A DNA stretch of 64,000 nucleotides, taken from Lama guanicoe. Taxonomy: Eukaryota. The stretch covers positions 11,367,231 to 11,431,230 of the forward strand of contig MU054187.1 of NCBI GenBank assembly GCA_013239625.1. The letters are read 5' to 3'. Position 1 is the first letter of the stretch, and each line of letters begins with the position of its first letter. Below, in pieces: positions 1 to 13,650 of this stretch. The notes under the pieces are model-generated. The model did not search any database, was not told where the DNA came from, and saw nothing but the letters and a program-made list of their open reading frames with translations. A program made the position numbers and the translations under genes.

Positions 1-3000
1 GTTCACAGTTTGACTTCACAGTTTCTTGCCTTGGCCAGATACATTAGTGCCAAGAGTGTCATGAGGCCAGGGCAAGCTACCGAGACCCACCCCAGCAATA
101 CAACATTGGTTGCAAAAACATCCCAGGGGTGTTAATTCATAAGCATTTATAGACCCCACGAGTCTCTTCTTAAATGTCAGCATTGAAAGTTGTTCCACTT
201 CGCCCTCAACCAAAACAAACAGGGAAACTGTTGAGTTCCTCCTGGTTTCAAATTGCAGCTCTTCAAAATCATTGCCCTTTGCTTGACTTTCATTCTGAAT
301 CTTGTGTTAGCCCAGGTTGCCTTGGGATAAGTCTTTTAATCACCAAAAAACTCATGAACTTCAGACAAACAAAACGAAACAAAACAGAATCTTCCAAGTG
401 TGACCTGAGTTTCAGGTTTGTCTTTTGAGGGTTGATTTCTCCAGCTTATCTTGCTAATACTTACGGAATTAAACACGTTGTCTTCATACTACAAACGGCC
501 AGGGAACAAGGGAATAGCTAAAAGTGTGTGGGAGTCTGGGTTAGCTTAGTTCCTTGACAGAAAATCATGAGCACTGGCAGTTCTTCTATAATTTTCAGAG
601 CTTTGTCTGCAGGTGGGTCTGGGGTCTCACCAGGAATGTATTGGATGCTGGTTATTCATAAGTTAAATCAACAGTAAGAGAAGACAAATTGAAGTTTAGG
701 TCTCCTTACTTCAAAACTCCAAATGGGAAAGGAAAATATTCCCCCAAAACTGAAAAAAGGCATGTTTAGGAATAAGTTCAGTAATCAGTAGAACCGTGAC
801 TTCTTAAAGCTTCTTCATCTTCTTGAGTCAGTTTGCAAAACCTTTTTCTGTGACTGTCTAGTCCAATGCATCAGTTTTTCTGTAGGAAAGAAAGAGATTG
901 ACCTTGAGTATCATGCCATTCAAAATTAACTATAGAAGAGGCTGGAAAACCTTTCATGCTGGAGGCCACCCTATGTCTTCCCAAGAGGTCACTGAAGACC
1001 TGATTTTGCAAAGCGTCCATCTCAGACTCTTTTGTGTTATGAAGAGGCCACTTTTTGGGGAGACCGAGTTGTTTATTATCTGTCCTGTGATCTTTCATTT
1101 CACACTTTTTCTCCCTTTCATGGGTAACTTCACCACTTTCGGTATCACATCCTTTTATTTCTCAGCGTAGCCTTATTATGAGAAAATAGAAATGTGTTCA
1201 CTCTAATACTGGATCAAGTTAGAATTACTTGCTCAGATTTAACATGTATGACACTTACTTCCTCTAAATCTGCGGAACCCCTGTTAGAGCAGGCTCCAGT
1301 CTGCTTTTTCTGTCTTCGGACTGGAAAATTCAAATTCAAAGTCTGACCGGCTGCTGGCTTCAGAGATCTGTGCCCCTCCTCCTCCATCATTTGAGCTGGA
1401 TTAGGTTGGTAGCTGATCGCTTCCCGTGGCCGCATCTGTATTCACCTGGGCACAGTCCTCCCACTCGGCAAATTTTGTGGAAAGAGATAGGTCCTTTCTG
1501 TGTGTGTGCAAGCCGTCTGGTTTAGAAAGTAAGGACCATTTTAAAGAGTCTTAGGGCTTCAGCATGCTGCCCTGTGCATTTTTGATGGCCTCTGTTTGTG
1601 TCATTGGGGTATAAAGTCCTTTCATTTACTATTTTTCCAGCTTTAAGAACTGCTTACCTGCAGTTCATTGAATTTGGCATTACCTCCAAAGCACATAACG
1701 CAAGAAACAGAACCAGGAGAAGGCAGAAGCAAATCTCAGAGGCTGCCCAAAGCATCTTCTGGCTGTGCGATTGCCGGAAGATTCGCTCTTGTTCCAAGGA
1801 GAGACAGGTTGTATTTACATACAATGAGACACCCGAAGGACAACTTAACGTCGCAGCTTGGGGGAGATTTTGAGGGCTCTTGTCACAAATGTTCACACCT
1901 GTGGGATAGACTGTTATTTTCAGTGGAGCCTGGTTTTCAGCTTGAAATACACCTGCCAAAACCTGAATGGCCACTTTTGTACCTTCTGGACTCAAAAACT
2001 GTGCTGTCAGACCAGGTTTGGTGCACACAGATGGGATAACTTAGAATGGCAACTGTGTTGTTTGGAAGGAAATTAAGACCTTTCCTAGACCTCTTGATGC
2101 TTATTTGGGATGGAAAATGTTATCTCAAGCATGCCTTAGCTGTGCCTCCTTGGCACTTTTTTTTTCTTTTTTCAGTTATACTCAGTATCTTAATTTAAGT
2201 ATTTTTTAAAAATTGTCCATAGAGTGTAATAGTAAACAATGTCTTTTCAAAGAATCAATTTCAGATGTGGACCCTAAAAAAACCACTAAAATGATCCTCG
2301 TCTTGGTATCCTAGAGCATTTAAAACTTGCTGCAGATTATAAAGAATTTGGGCATGCTCAGAAGAAGACTTCCTTTGTGACCACTCTTACCCTTAACATT
2401 TCTCATTAAAGAGGGCAATTTATTACACAGAATCCTAATGTCAGTTAAAACCATGTATTTGTTGTAAAGGCAGTATAATGGCTACCTTATTAGGAACTTC
2501 TTTTGAAGTTAAAAAACATGCACACGCTTAACCCCAAGCCCCTACATCTTTTCTGTGTGAATATATGCTATGTGGAATCTTAGAAAATTGCTACTATTGG
2601 ACTTTTTCTGACTACAAAGGCAGCAGTTTTGTACGGTACTACCTAACATTTATGTAGTTGGAAACTTGGAGAATGTACAATTTTATTCTGATTTTTTTTT
2701 CACCTACCTTTCTACCCAAACAGTTTAGTCTCTGCCTTGTCTTCATCGCTGATAGTTTAAATTCATGCACCACGTTCCATTGCACGGAGGTGGGACATCA
2801 GTTGATTGTGCTTTTTTCTCTATAAAAGGAGAACCCAAAACACCGCAGTCAGTACCTTCCTTCACACAGCCGCTCGCTCTGGTTGCATTTCTCACGCCTG
2901 TTTTTAAACTGGTGGCTTCCCCTGCATCATCCTTTCATCCATCTGAAACTAAATACTTTCGCACGTGAGTCTTTCAATACACATCGAAGTGACAAAGCCA

Positions 3001-6000
3001 GTGTTAGTGGGTACAGATATACAAGTGTGCACACGTGGCATGTACGTAGTTGAGTGGATCTGTTTAGACAATACATCCTCAAAGCCGGCAAGTTTGTGTT
3101 TAAGGAAAACCAAGCTCCAAAGGGCTGAGAAACGTTCTGCCGCCTTCAGCTGGCTCGTCTCCGTTCCCATCTGACTGAGACCTGTCCCAGCAGATGGCCC
3201 TCGCAGTGTGCTTTGGCTGCCAACAGAATAGTGCTTTGTCTCGTACAGCAGAGAAGCAAACTCCAGCATTGTTGACCGACCAGAGGGAAACCCTGGGCTC
3301 TTGCCATAGTGATACATTCAGGCAGGAAGCTAAGAGCAAAAGAGTGATTCTCATGGGGATGTGGAGTGAGGAATGGGAGGGGGGAAGCAGTTTAATTATG
3401 ATGAGGGTCAGGGCTGGGGGACGGGGACAGGCACAAGTGACCATCAGAAAGAACAAGAATAGGATGATGTCATTCTTTACTGGGACATTCGCTGAAATGA
3501 AATCAGGTCACACACAATGGTCTTGTTCTATGCCCAGACCCATAAGTGTTACAAGAGATTACTTTGTGGTAATGCTTCTCAGGCGGGGTCTAAGGACCCT
3601 GCTCACATGAAGACAGCCCCCAAGACATCTTTGGGACAGATAAGAAGGGCAGAATCATTTCATCCGATGCTAAAAAATGGCTTACACTAGGTTCCCAACA
3701 TTTGTGTAAGATGATTTAGCTGCAGTTTAGAACAGAAAAAAAAAATGTCCAGATATTTCAACACAGTGAGTTTCAAAGAACAAAGTGTAACTATGCAGCT
3801 TGGTATCAGGCCAGATCTCTTAAACTGGTGTCCTTTTCTGTGGGATAATTTTGAATGGTGTTCTGAAGTTAAGACAGAATGTATTTCTCGGCATGAAGTT
3901 GGCACTTCCTGAAGAGAGATACTGCCTTGTACCATGTTAAGATATTTTTAGGACTGATTAATTCTGCGTACAGAGGAAGCATTTGATCTAAGTGACTCTG
4001 GAGTTCCTCCTGCCGCTGGTGGCAGATACATTCAATTTTAGGTTCCCTCTCTCAGTGGTGTCCTAACTTAACCTCATTCATCTGCTTGGATCTCACAAGA
4101 GGGCATCACAATTACAAATGAAAGTTAGAGTTTCTAAGAAGTCATCCCTGGAATAATTAGGTGATAGGGCCAAATCCCGTTGTATTGCGTTAATAGGGCT
4201 TAAAACAAATAAGTCATTGACTGAGGCCTTTTTTTTTTTAGGATATTTTTGCTGAATGAGTATTTATAATAAAACTGGAACACTGTAACCTTTTTACACT
4301 GGCATTTGCAGTTTAGAGACTTTGCAAAACTTAACGTTCAGTTATACTAAGCCACTGGTCTTCAGGTGCATGGAGACAGTCCAGGACAAGGTCTTTCTGT
4401 CTCTTGTAGAATATACAAAGATGGAAAAGTAAAATTGGGTTACAGTGGGAGTTCGTGTTTGTTTTACGGTTTTGCTCTCTGATTACTAAGGAATCTCGTG
4501 TGGCAATCTAGGGAGCAGGGGAGGTGATGCTACAGACGCCACAGAAGTGTTTGGACGCTGCTGTGGGTTGTGGCTGTCGAAATGGAAAGAGGCACATTTT
4601 GAAAGAGTTTTATTTGGGGCGGATTCTAACATGAACTGAGGTGATTTCTGCTTCCTGTATTTTTAATTGGAAGGTAATTAGTCTTTAGGGCCTTTTTGAG
4701 AGGGTATCATTATTTAAAAATGTTTAAAGTAAGCAAAATACTAACAAATAAACGGTCAGCACCATCCGAAGTTCCCAAGTTTTCAAGACAGGGTTTTATT
4801 TTCTGTTTATTTTCTAGTAGGCTTAAAAAAATAATCTAAGTCCATTAGGGATAGCCAGTTGACAGTGGCAGCTAAAATGCAAGCATTTAAGCAAATCCAC
4901 TATTTACAAAGCAAGCAAACCAAGTATGGCTTCTTACAAGAGGATTTGCCATCGCATTAATTCAAACATTATTTGCTTTGACGGTTTTACCAAGAAAAGA
5001 TTGGATTCATTTTCTGCATTAAAATATATTTATTTATTACATGAAGTAAGAATGCCCCAGCAGATAAAATCTGTGCTACAGTATTTGTAGGAGTCTGGTC
5101 TGGCCAGACAGGGTGATGCCCAGCAATGACAGCAGCCATGGGAGGATCAGCAGCCAGTCCAGTGCAGTCAGTGCATAGAAACTCAGAGTATCTCTCCTGA
5201 TGAGAAGTATGCCGGAGTATAACTCGTCGCAAAATTCTGCCATCCAAAGACTCCTGCACTGAGAGTTGGTTCCCATTATAGGCATTTTGTTTACCATGTA
5301 CTTTCCACACAATTAGAATATCCTTGTCTCCCTTCCCTCACTGGGCTGCTGTAAATACGAGATAAAGGATGTAAAAGTGCCTTTGGAGAAAGCAGATGTA
5401 CAGAATCGCTCAAACACAACCTGTTGCTACTGCCGTAATATTAAAACGCTAAGGTATTGCATGGTCATCACTAGTTCCCATCAGAATGTGCTGTTCCCAG
5501 CCCCTTATTTCTCCCTCCTTGTTCTTTTCGTTTTATACCTCTGCCAGTAGACTAATCCCAGTGTGTATTTTTGATGGTTGGCAAGAATTCAAAAATGCTT
5601 TGCAAAGATGGAAGGCTATAGAATCACTCGGATTATGACTGTGTATTCAGTGCATTTTTTAAGAAAAGCTTCAAAATGAAGTATCTTTACAGGCTGAAGC
5701 AGTAAAAGTAGAAGCGAAAAAAAATTAGCTCCTACTGTGTTATGCACTTATAGTTGTGGAAATTCAGCTAAGGATTGACTCCAAGTAATCTTTATGATTG
5801 GAAAAAAAGATGTGTAAGATGAACTCACTGGGGATGGCGCTATTGCTTTTCATATCTAGTTGATTGGCTCCCACTTGCACTGAAATGGATTGAGAAATTG
5901 TCATCATCTTCATTCCCCAGATGGAGGCCAGGGAGAAAAAGATGACATCCTCTGCCCTCTGTCAGTACTTGTCATAAGACTGCCCTTCTCTCAGGGAACT

Positions 6001-6577
6001 GCTCAGTTTTCTCGTTGCTTTTTCCACCCCTAAGCATTGATTTATAGAGGAATTTCTTTCAAATGTCAGATACAGTATCAGCTTAGTACTTTGTAAGTGC
6101 TGAAATGTCACTTCCGGGTGAAAGGAGAGGAACGTCATTTACATTTCTCGATGGGAAGTCCGTCTTACGCTAAAGAGCTTTCCCTCTGGTTATGGAAGTA
6201 CTAAGACAGAGTCTGTATGGTGTGACTTGCGTATATATGTATGAATAGCTGTTCCAGGGACAACCAACTCCTTAATGAGACAGACAATGATTCTAACTAT
6301 CAGAACATTGTTTTTTTTTTTTCTTCCTGACTCATGTTGACAGTAAGACAGTGCATCTGCTTGGTACTCACTGGGCTGAGCTATTTGGCCTTCGTGGGTG
6401 TGAAAATGTACACAGTGATGTGTGTTAGAGTCATGTACGCAGAACCTTCGGGAGCCGGTGGGAAAAGTTCGAGACTTATCACCAGCAAAAGTGATCTTGT
6501 CTTCTTAAAATGGAAAACTCTCTGTCTTTTTCTAATTTATCGTGGCATGGGAAAGGAGTGTCACGTCGTGGGTGGAA

Positions 6578-6820
6578 AGAGTGTCACGTCATGGTTGGAA
6601 GCACAGATCTGGGAGCCGGGCAGCGTGGGTTTGAATCCATGCTCTATTGTTGGTTAACTGTGTAACTTAATATCCTTGTGTCTCAGTGTCCTTATCTGAA
6701 AAATGATAACACTGCCCTTGTTTAGCTGTTTAGAGAATTAGATGATTCCATATGTATAAAGGGCTTAGAACAATGCCTCCAACTCAATATAGTACTTTAT
6801 GCATGTTAGCTAGTACTATT
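6578..6820 (+). mobile_element. MIR SINE
   Basis: GGGTTTGAATCC B-box remnant, core TGTCTCAGTGTCCTTATCTGAAAAATG, tail GCTTAGAACAATGCCT...TGTTAGCTA. Confidence 0.8.
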
Positions 6821-7171
6821 CATGAAAATTTTAAAAAAACCAGAAATGCATAAAGTGGGTAAGTTCCCATAACGTTAGTCTGCCTCTGGTTCCATACACT
6901 TAAATACGGATCACACACACACAACCAACACCCACACAGTCAGTGTACCAGGTGCCGTATAGAAACTAGTCATGGGCCACAGTGCCCACCTTGTGAAAAT
7001 TGGTGCCAGTCAGAAGTTGGACGTGCACGTACACCTCACAAATAATAGCAGTAATGATACCTCATTTACATACTTAAAATGTACACTGGTGTACTTGTAA
7101 CAGTTATCGAGAGAGTCAGTGACACAATGAATGGAAATGTGCTTTAGGAGTAATATCATCATGGGAAAAAC

Positions 7172-7334
7172 TTTTTTTTTACCTGAAGTATAATTGACTT
7201 ACAGTGTTGTGTTAGTTTCGGGTGTACAGCAAAGTAATTCAGTCATACATATGTATCTATAATTTTTCAGATCCTTTTCCATTATAGGCTATTCCAAAGA
7301 TATTTAATATAGTTCCCTGTGCTCTACAGGGACC
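7172..7334 (-). mobile_element. L1 3'-end fragment (artiodactyl/camelid type)
   Basis: Poly-T followed by GAAGTATAATTGACTTACAGTGTTGTGTTAGTTTC..GTACAGCA, the same 3'UTR as the copies at 24490, 41315, 53568 and 62767. Confidence 0.85.
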
Positions 7335-8390
7335 TTTCTCAGACTCCAATTACATGTATGTTAGACTCCTTGATGTGGAAATTGTTCCACAGATCACAGA
7401 GCCAGCATTTACATTTCTGAAAAGCCTTTCATTTCAGATATTATGGTTTTCAGTTCTCAAGATTCTATTTGGTTCTTTTTAAATAGTTTCCATTGCTCTC
7501 TTCATTATGTTCACACTTTCCTTAACATCCTTAAGCATATTTACTGTAGCTATTTTTAAGTCCACATCTACTAATTCCATCATCTCTGACTTTCTATTGA
7601 CTGATTTTCTCCTGATTAGAAGTCACATTTTCTGGCTTTTTTACATGTTTAGTAATACTTGATTGGCTGCTGGATATTGTGAATATTGCACTGTTGAATG
7701 TCTGCATTTTGGTGTTTTCATTTAAAGAATATTGGATTTTGCACTGGCAGACAATCAGTTCACTTGAGGATTAGCTGGATCTTTTAAAGTTTGCTTTGAA
7801 GTTGTGTTAGGTCATGTCTAGAATGGTCTACACTCACGGTTAGTTGAGCACTACTCTGAAGACTTGACCTTTCTGAGGTCCCCACTGAATGCCCCATGTG
7901 TGTTCAATGAGTACTTTCCACTATGGCTGGTCAGAACTTGAGTATTTCCCAGTCACGTGTAGTGTTCATCTTACAGCCCCCTAGTAATTGTACGTTGCCT
8001 GATAGTTGTCCTTTGCCCAGCTCTGTGGAGTTTCACCCCACACACCTGTAGCTTAGTGGTCAGCCAAGGACTCAAGGGAATCCCATACAGATTTCTGGAG
8101 CTCTTTCCCTTTGTTGCCCTCTCCTCTTTTACTCTACTTCACAAATTCCACCTTGCTTCCCCCAAATAGTTTTCTATCCTCAGCTCTGCTTGGGTTCCCC
8201 TCTCTGTGCTGTAGTCCACAAAAGTGTCTCTAGTGGTACATACTTTAATTCTGTCCCCTCCCTTCATGGATCACAGCCCATTGTCCAATGTCTTAGATAG
8301 TTGCTGCATATATTTTGTTTTCTGGCTGTTCACAGCAGGAGGATTAGTCTCGTACTAGCTACTCCATCTTGACTGGAAATAAGAGTCCCA
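7335..8390 (-). mobile_element. Ancient L1 (L1ME/HAL1-like) 5'/ORF1-region remnant
   Basis: T-rich decayed LINE pattern (CCAATTACATGTATGTTAGAC, TTCTATTTGGTTCTTTTT, TTTCTATTGACTGATTTT); family assigned from memory. Confidence 0.6.
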
Positions 8391-8445
8391 CCACATTAGT
8401 ATGCAAACTTGACTTTTTGGGGTTTTTTGTTTTGTTTTGTTTTCT

Positions 8446-8557
8446 CTCCACTAGTCAGTGAGACCTTTCAAGGCAATGAGATGGTCTCATTCAATGCCTA
8501 ACGTGGACTTATGACAAAGCAGGCACAGTAAATACTGTTGCATGAAAGAATGAATGA
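8446..8557 (+). mobile_element. L2 3' end
   Basis: Ends ...GCAGGCACAGTAAATACTGTTGCATGAAAGAATGAATGA, an L2-type terminus. Confidence 0.6.
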
Positions 8558-9241
8558 CTATGGACCCACAATATTTAGGGTATCTGTATCTAGTTGAGAC
8601 ACTGATGTAAATAGTTGAGGGCTTCTGTAATGTGCTTTTTTAAGCAACAGAGAAAAATTTGTCAAACAGCTGATTCCATATAAGCTCTCAATCAATGCTT
8701 GGGTAAACTAGTCCTACGTTAAGATTACTTAACGCTCTTTACAGCTATAACACGCCAGTATCCAGAAACAGGGATCACATGTTCTCAGGTACCTTTAGGA
8801 CAGTCATGACAGGTTAGTCTAGAATTAAGTAGTGGTGGCTGTTTTTACCATTTGGTCTATGAAGTTGGCAAACGCAGTTGTCCGCATTCAGGGATTTTTT
8901 TCTGCCTCCGAGTCTATGCCAGGATTATAAATACCCAGACTGTAGTTTCCTTTACCTTAATCTTTTGAAGGGACTAGGGTGGTTTTTCATTTGTATGGCA
9001 AGATGCAAACGTCTATCTAGCTTGCTTTCTATGATCAAAAAGGAGATTTATAAATTAAGAGTTACATTCAACTGCTATAAACTGCACAAAATTGGGCAGG
9101 AAAAGAGTGCTGCATTTTCTTGGTACAGATTTCTGTCTGAAATTTTAATACAATCCCTGTACAAGAGGTTGTATAGAATGAAGTGTCTGTACCTGGAAGA
9201 ATTCAGGATTTATGAAAGTCTCTTAAAAATCAATGATGTTT

Positions 9242-9651
9242 AGACAGAGAAAGACAAATATATGATGTCACTTGTGTGTGGAATCTGAAAAAATGATACA
9301 AACGAACTTATTTACAAAACAGAAGTAGATTCACAGACATAGAAAACAAACTATGGTTACCAAAGGGGAGAGGAGCAGGGGGAGGGATAAATTAAAAGTT
9401 TGGTATTAACAGATACACGCTACTATATATAAAATAGGTAAACAACAAAGGACCCACCATAGAGCACAGGAAACTATATTCAATATCTTGTAATAACCTA
9501 TAATGGAAAAGAATCTGAAAAAGAATACATACATATATGTGTGTGTGTGTGTGTGTGTGTGTATAATTGAAACACTTTGCTATACATCAGAAACTAACAC
9601 AACATTGTAAACCAACATACCTCAATTAAAAAAAAAACTCAATAAAAAAAA
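9242..9651 (+). mobile_element. L1 3'UTR fragment with poly(A) tail
   Basis: AGACAGAGAAAGACAAATA...GGAATCTGAAAAAATGATACAAACGAACTTATTTACAAAACAG...AACACAACATTGTAAA followed by an A-tail. Confidence 0.92.
9539..9562. repeat. (GT)12 microsatellite inside L1
   Basis: Read directly from the sequence. Confidence 0.95.
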
Positions 9652-10824
9652 GTATGATGCCTAAAATCTCTGAACATGGGAAATTTCTTATAATTTGAAT
9701 AATTTTACCTGATTATTTAAAGGGCCCTTAAAATTCAGAAGTATTCCAAGCTTACACACACACACACACAGACATGCACACACACATACAAACCACGTTA
9801 CTGATAAATTATTCCTATTCCATAGGTCAGCTCAGGTTTCATACAATATTGTTATTATCAAAGCCACAGTCTTTTAATTCTCAATCTCATGTGATCCACA
9901 GGATTCTTAAAATTCCCTTTTGCTTCCTTTTGACTGTATTTCTGGTTCCCTGCAATGAAAGGCAGCAGTTTTTGTGGGTTCAGGGGCTCAGCAGTGAACA
10001 TGATGCTGGCTCATTCCTCCAGTTGCCTTTGGCACGTCACCTTTTCATCTTTGTGCTTTGCTTACACAACCTACCAGATGGAAATAATAATTTGCTCTCC
10101 ACACACATGTGTAGGACCCCTGAAATTCTAATATAGGATAACAAAAAGCCGCTTCGCTGTTGAGGGAAATTTTTCACAATAATAATTGTACTTGTTTAAA
10201 GCCTGAGTGAGATGACATTTAAAGAGCAGTGATTTAAGTTTGTGGTTCCAGAACTGTTCAAAACCGAAGGTTTTATTTCACTTTGTTTTTCTCCAACATT
10301 TCCCCCTCTTGATTTACATTCCCCAGTTAAGAATTTAACGTGAACCTTTGCCAAAGCCTCAAGTTCCACCTGGTGTGGGGTTGAAACCACATGAAGCCAC
10401 TGAATTTTGCATAGTTTCCATTTGAAATGATGTATCAGCTTAGTTTCTCTTTCCACGTGAGCCCGGTTTAGAGGAAACTTGGCCAGGCTTTAGATGAACC
10501 TGCTCTGAGTTCTGATTTTATATCAGACCCTGAAATGAGGCCATTCACTTAGTTCTGTCTTCCAGAAAGCTCTTACTATAATGTCCCCAGAGCGTGCCTA
10601 AGAGCTCCTAGCGGCCGGCGCAGTCACGCCTTGTTTTACTATAACGTGGGGGAGGATTTCTCAGCGTCTTGGAGCCCATTCTAATTGGGAAACCAGTCAG
10701 ACTCAATACCACAGGCTTTTAGTGTCAGGCATACCACTTCAGGGAAAGAATTTCTTTTGAAGTCTCAGCAAAAGAGTTTTCAAGTAAGTAGCTCAGGGAG
10801 ACCAGGTAAATTCACCTTTTCTTT

Positions 10825-13650
10825 TGTTCCTTCCTTCACTCATGCATTCATTAATCCAACGACTATTCACTGAGCACCTGCCATGTGATGTGCCGCACCC
10901 TGTTCTAGGTACTTGGGATCAGCCATGATGATCTAGTACATTCGTGAGCAAAATATTTAGAGAGCCTGACGCCTGTGGCACTTACATTGTAGTGGCAGAG
11001 GGTAGAAGATAAAACGAAGCACAATATGTAGGTCAAATACATATGGTGCGTTAGAAAGTAATGAGTATTCTGAACTAAAAGAGAAGTCTGGCGAAATCAG
11101 GGTAGGTTGCAGCGTTAAGGAGAAGTCACAGGGAAAGCCTCGCTGAGATGGTAAGACTGAACAGAGACTTGAAAGTAGCGGGGAAGTAGCACCTAGAGAT
11201 GTTGAGGAAAAGCATTCCAGACAGAGCGCACGGCTAGGGCGCAAGTCCCAGGGCATGTCCACGCTGGAGGAGCCACAGCGAGACCAGGGGGACAGCAGCG
11301 GGGAGAGGAAACGGCAGAGTGGTGGGAAATGAGGTCCAACAAGTAACAGCAGATCAGCACGTGACCAGGGAGCCGTGCGAAGGATGTTGGCAATTTCCCT
11401 GGATGAAAGGGAGGAAGACATTGCAGGATTTTGTACAAAGGGAGAGTGCATTCTGATTTCTGTCTTAAAAGGCTCTCTGTCTGTCACGCTGAGAGTAGAT
11501 GACGGATGGCAAATGTCAAAAGAGACTTATCACAAGGCTACTGAAAGAGATAAGAGGGCTGCAGATTTGATGATAGCAGTGGAAGTGGTCAAAAGTAGTC
11601 AGATGTTGGCTATTCTTGGAGACAGACCTAACAGGATTGCCTGATTGACTGAAAGTAGTATTGAGGGGAGGGAGAAAAGAGAAGGATCAAGGAGGCTTCA
11701 AAGGTTTTGGCAGAAGCAACTGAAAGGATAGAGTTGTCATCAACTGAAGTTAGAAAGGCTATCCAGTTGAAAGAGTTGTAGGGAGGAAGTTTTGGAAATC
11801 AAGTTTGAGGTGTCTGTTAGACCTCCAAGTGGAAATATCACTGAGTGGGCGGGTGGTTGGATTTAGTCTGCATTTGGGAATAGAGGTTTGCATTTGGAAG
11901 TCATTAGCGTGGTACCAACAACGATGCGAGTATAAACAGAGAAAAGACGGAAAGACTAGCCTCTGTGGTTCTCCAGCATTAAAAGGGCAAAGAGAAGAGA
12001 AGAGAGTAATAGAAGATACTGAGAAGGAACCCAGAGGAATGAGGCAAGAAAAAGGGTGGAGGAGTTCCTGGTTTCCTGGAAACTGAATGAAGACAGTGTT
12101 TCTAGGAGGAGAGTGAATAACTATGTCCTACAGGTCCAGCAGGATGAGGATTGAGAACTGACTGATGGATTTATCTCCTCGGTGGGCATTGGTGGCAAGT
12201 CTAAGAGCAGCTTTGGTGAAGCGGAGGGAGAGAAAGCATGATGGTAGTAGGCGTAAGACAGAATGGGAGAAACGAAACTTAAGACAGAACTATGACAACT
12301 CTTCCAAGGAGTTTGCTTCAAGCAGAACAGAGAAATGTGGGGCAGCAGCTGATGAGAGACGGAAGGTCAAGAATGTTTTTAAAAGATGGGAGAAATATAC
12401 ACACTACTATATATAAAATAGATGAACAATAAGGACCCCCTGTATAGCACATGGAACTATGTTCAGTAACTTGTAATAAACTATAATGGAAGAGAATCTG
12501 AAAAAGGATATATATATGTGTATAATTGAATCACCTTGCTGTACACCTGGAAACATTGTAAGGCAACTGTACTCCAATTTTTAAAAAAAGATGAGAGAAA
12601 TAGAGCATGTTGATAAGCTAAAGGGATTGACGTCATTTGGGGAGGAAGAAAGAGGATCTGAACAAAAGAGGGGAGCGTTGCTGGAGCTAAGAGGTTTCTG
12701 AATAGGAGAGAAGAAACAGAAGCTAATGCACAGGTGGAAGAACTGGCTTCAGGCTGTGAGGGCACGGATAATTCATCTCCGGTAGCTGAGAAGGCATTGT
12801 GTCAGGGAGCAGCTGCTGGTAGGTGAGCACCCTGGGGGGGTGCGGGTGGGGGAAGGCCATGGAAGTTCTCTTCCGGTTGCTTCTGTTTCCTCAGTGAAGT
12901 TTGGACCGAGGTGATCTGCTTGAGTGAGGGGAGGAGTGCTGAGGATGTGAGGAGAGAGGTGGCAGGAAGGACATCTGAGAGAATGGAAGGGCACCTGGAC
13001 GAGGGAGATGACATGTGCTGCCTGGCCACGTTGGGGCCATTCAGGCCAGTACCTTTTTTCTAGGCATGTTAAGTTGCACAGGTACAGATACAGAGCAGGT
13101 AGGGAGTTGGACTCGACAAGGGTTGCGGTGTGCCAAGTAGGGATGGCGAAGTGATGGAGGAGGAGGTGGGTCAAAAGTATTCCCAAAGACTCATGGTGAT
13201 GACTGTGTACAATGACTTTAACCTGGTCAGGCAAGGAATGAGGATGTCAAGGAAGGGAGGGCTGGTCAAAGAGTGGCTGGGTCAAAGGGCTGAAGAGCCC
13301 TAGCCGGTCAGAGAATTGTTGGGGTTGGCATCGTGGAACGATGAGACACATCAGAGGAAATTGAGACAATCCCGGTACTGCTAAGGGCTGGGGATTGGCC
13401 AGACTGGCCCAGGGAGCAGAGAGGGTAGAGGAGAGGTGGTCCAGACAGGTAGAGGTGCTGGTAACTCACATCATGGACTTTGAAATTTCCAAGAATTCAG
13501 CAAGTATAACAGTGGAGAGTAGAGAGTGAAACAGGAGCTCAAATCACTTCCAGAGGAGGAGGAATGTCCTGGGGTCAGTTGATGACTGTGGAAGTAATAG
13601 GCTATGTAATCTAAGAACAGGAGCTAAAATTTTTCATAAGAGGAGAAATA
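10825..13650 (-). mobile_element. Long L2 remnant (about 2.6 kb net), interrupted by an L1 at 12398-12585
   Basis: Starts with the reverse L2 terminus (TTCACTCATGCATTCATT...TGAGCACCTGCCATGTG...TTCTAGGTACTTGGGAT) and continues as the purine-rich antisense L2 pattern. Right boundary is approximate. Confidence 0.8.
12398..12585 (+). mobile_element. L1 3'-end fragment with 17-bp TSD
   Basis: TSD AAAAGATGGGAGAAATA (12381-12397) and AAAAGATGAGAGAAATA (12586-12602) at a TT|AAAA endonuclease site. Confidence 0.92.

Noticed and set aside
1598..2076. Several overlapping 72-124 aa ORFs on both strands
   Set aside because: No recognisable homology or exon structure; expected by chance.
5173..5212. Hammerhead-ribozyme-like core boxes: GAAAC (5178), GTA (5188), CTGATGA (5197)
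   Set aside because: Only TCTCTC lies between the triplet and CTGATGA, so stem I cannot form, and stem II pairing is out of register; probably chance.
10957..11487. Longest ORF in the track (176 aa, minus strand)
   Set aside because: Lies in a decayed L2; S/P/L-rich, with no recognisable domain.
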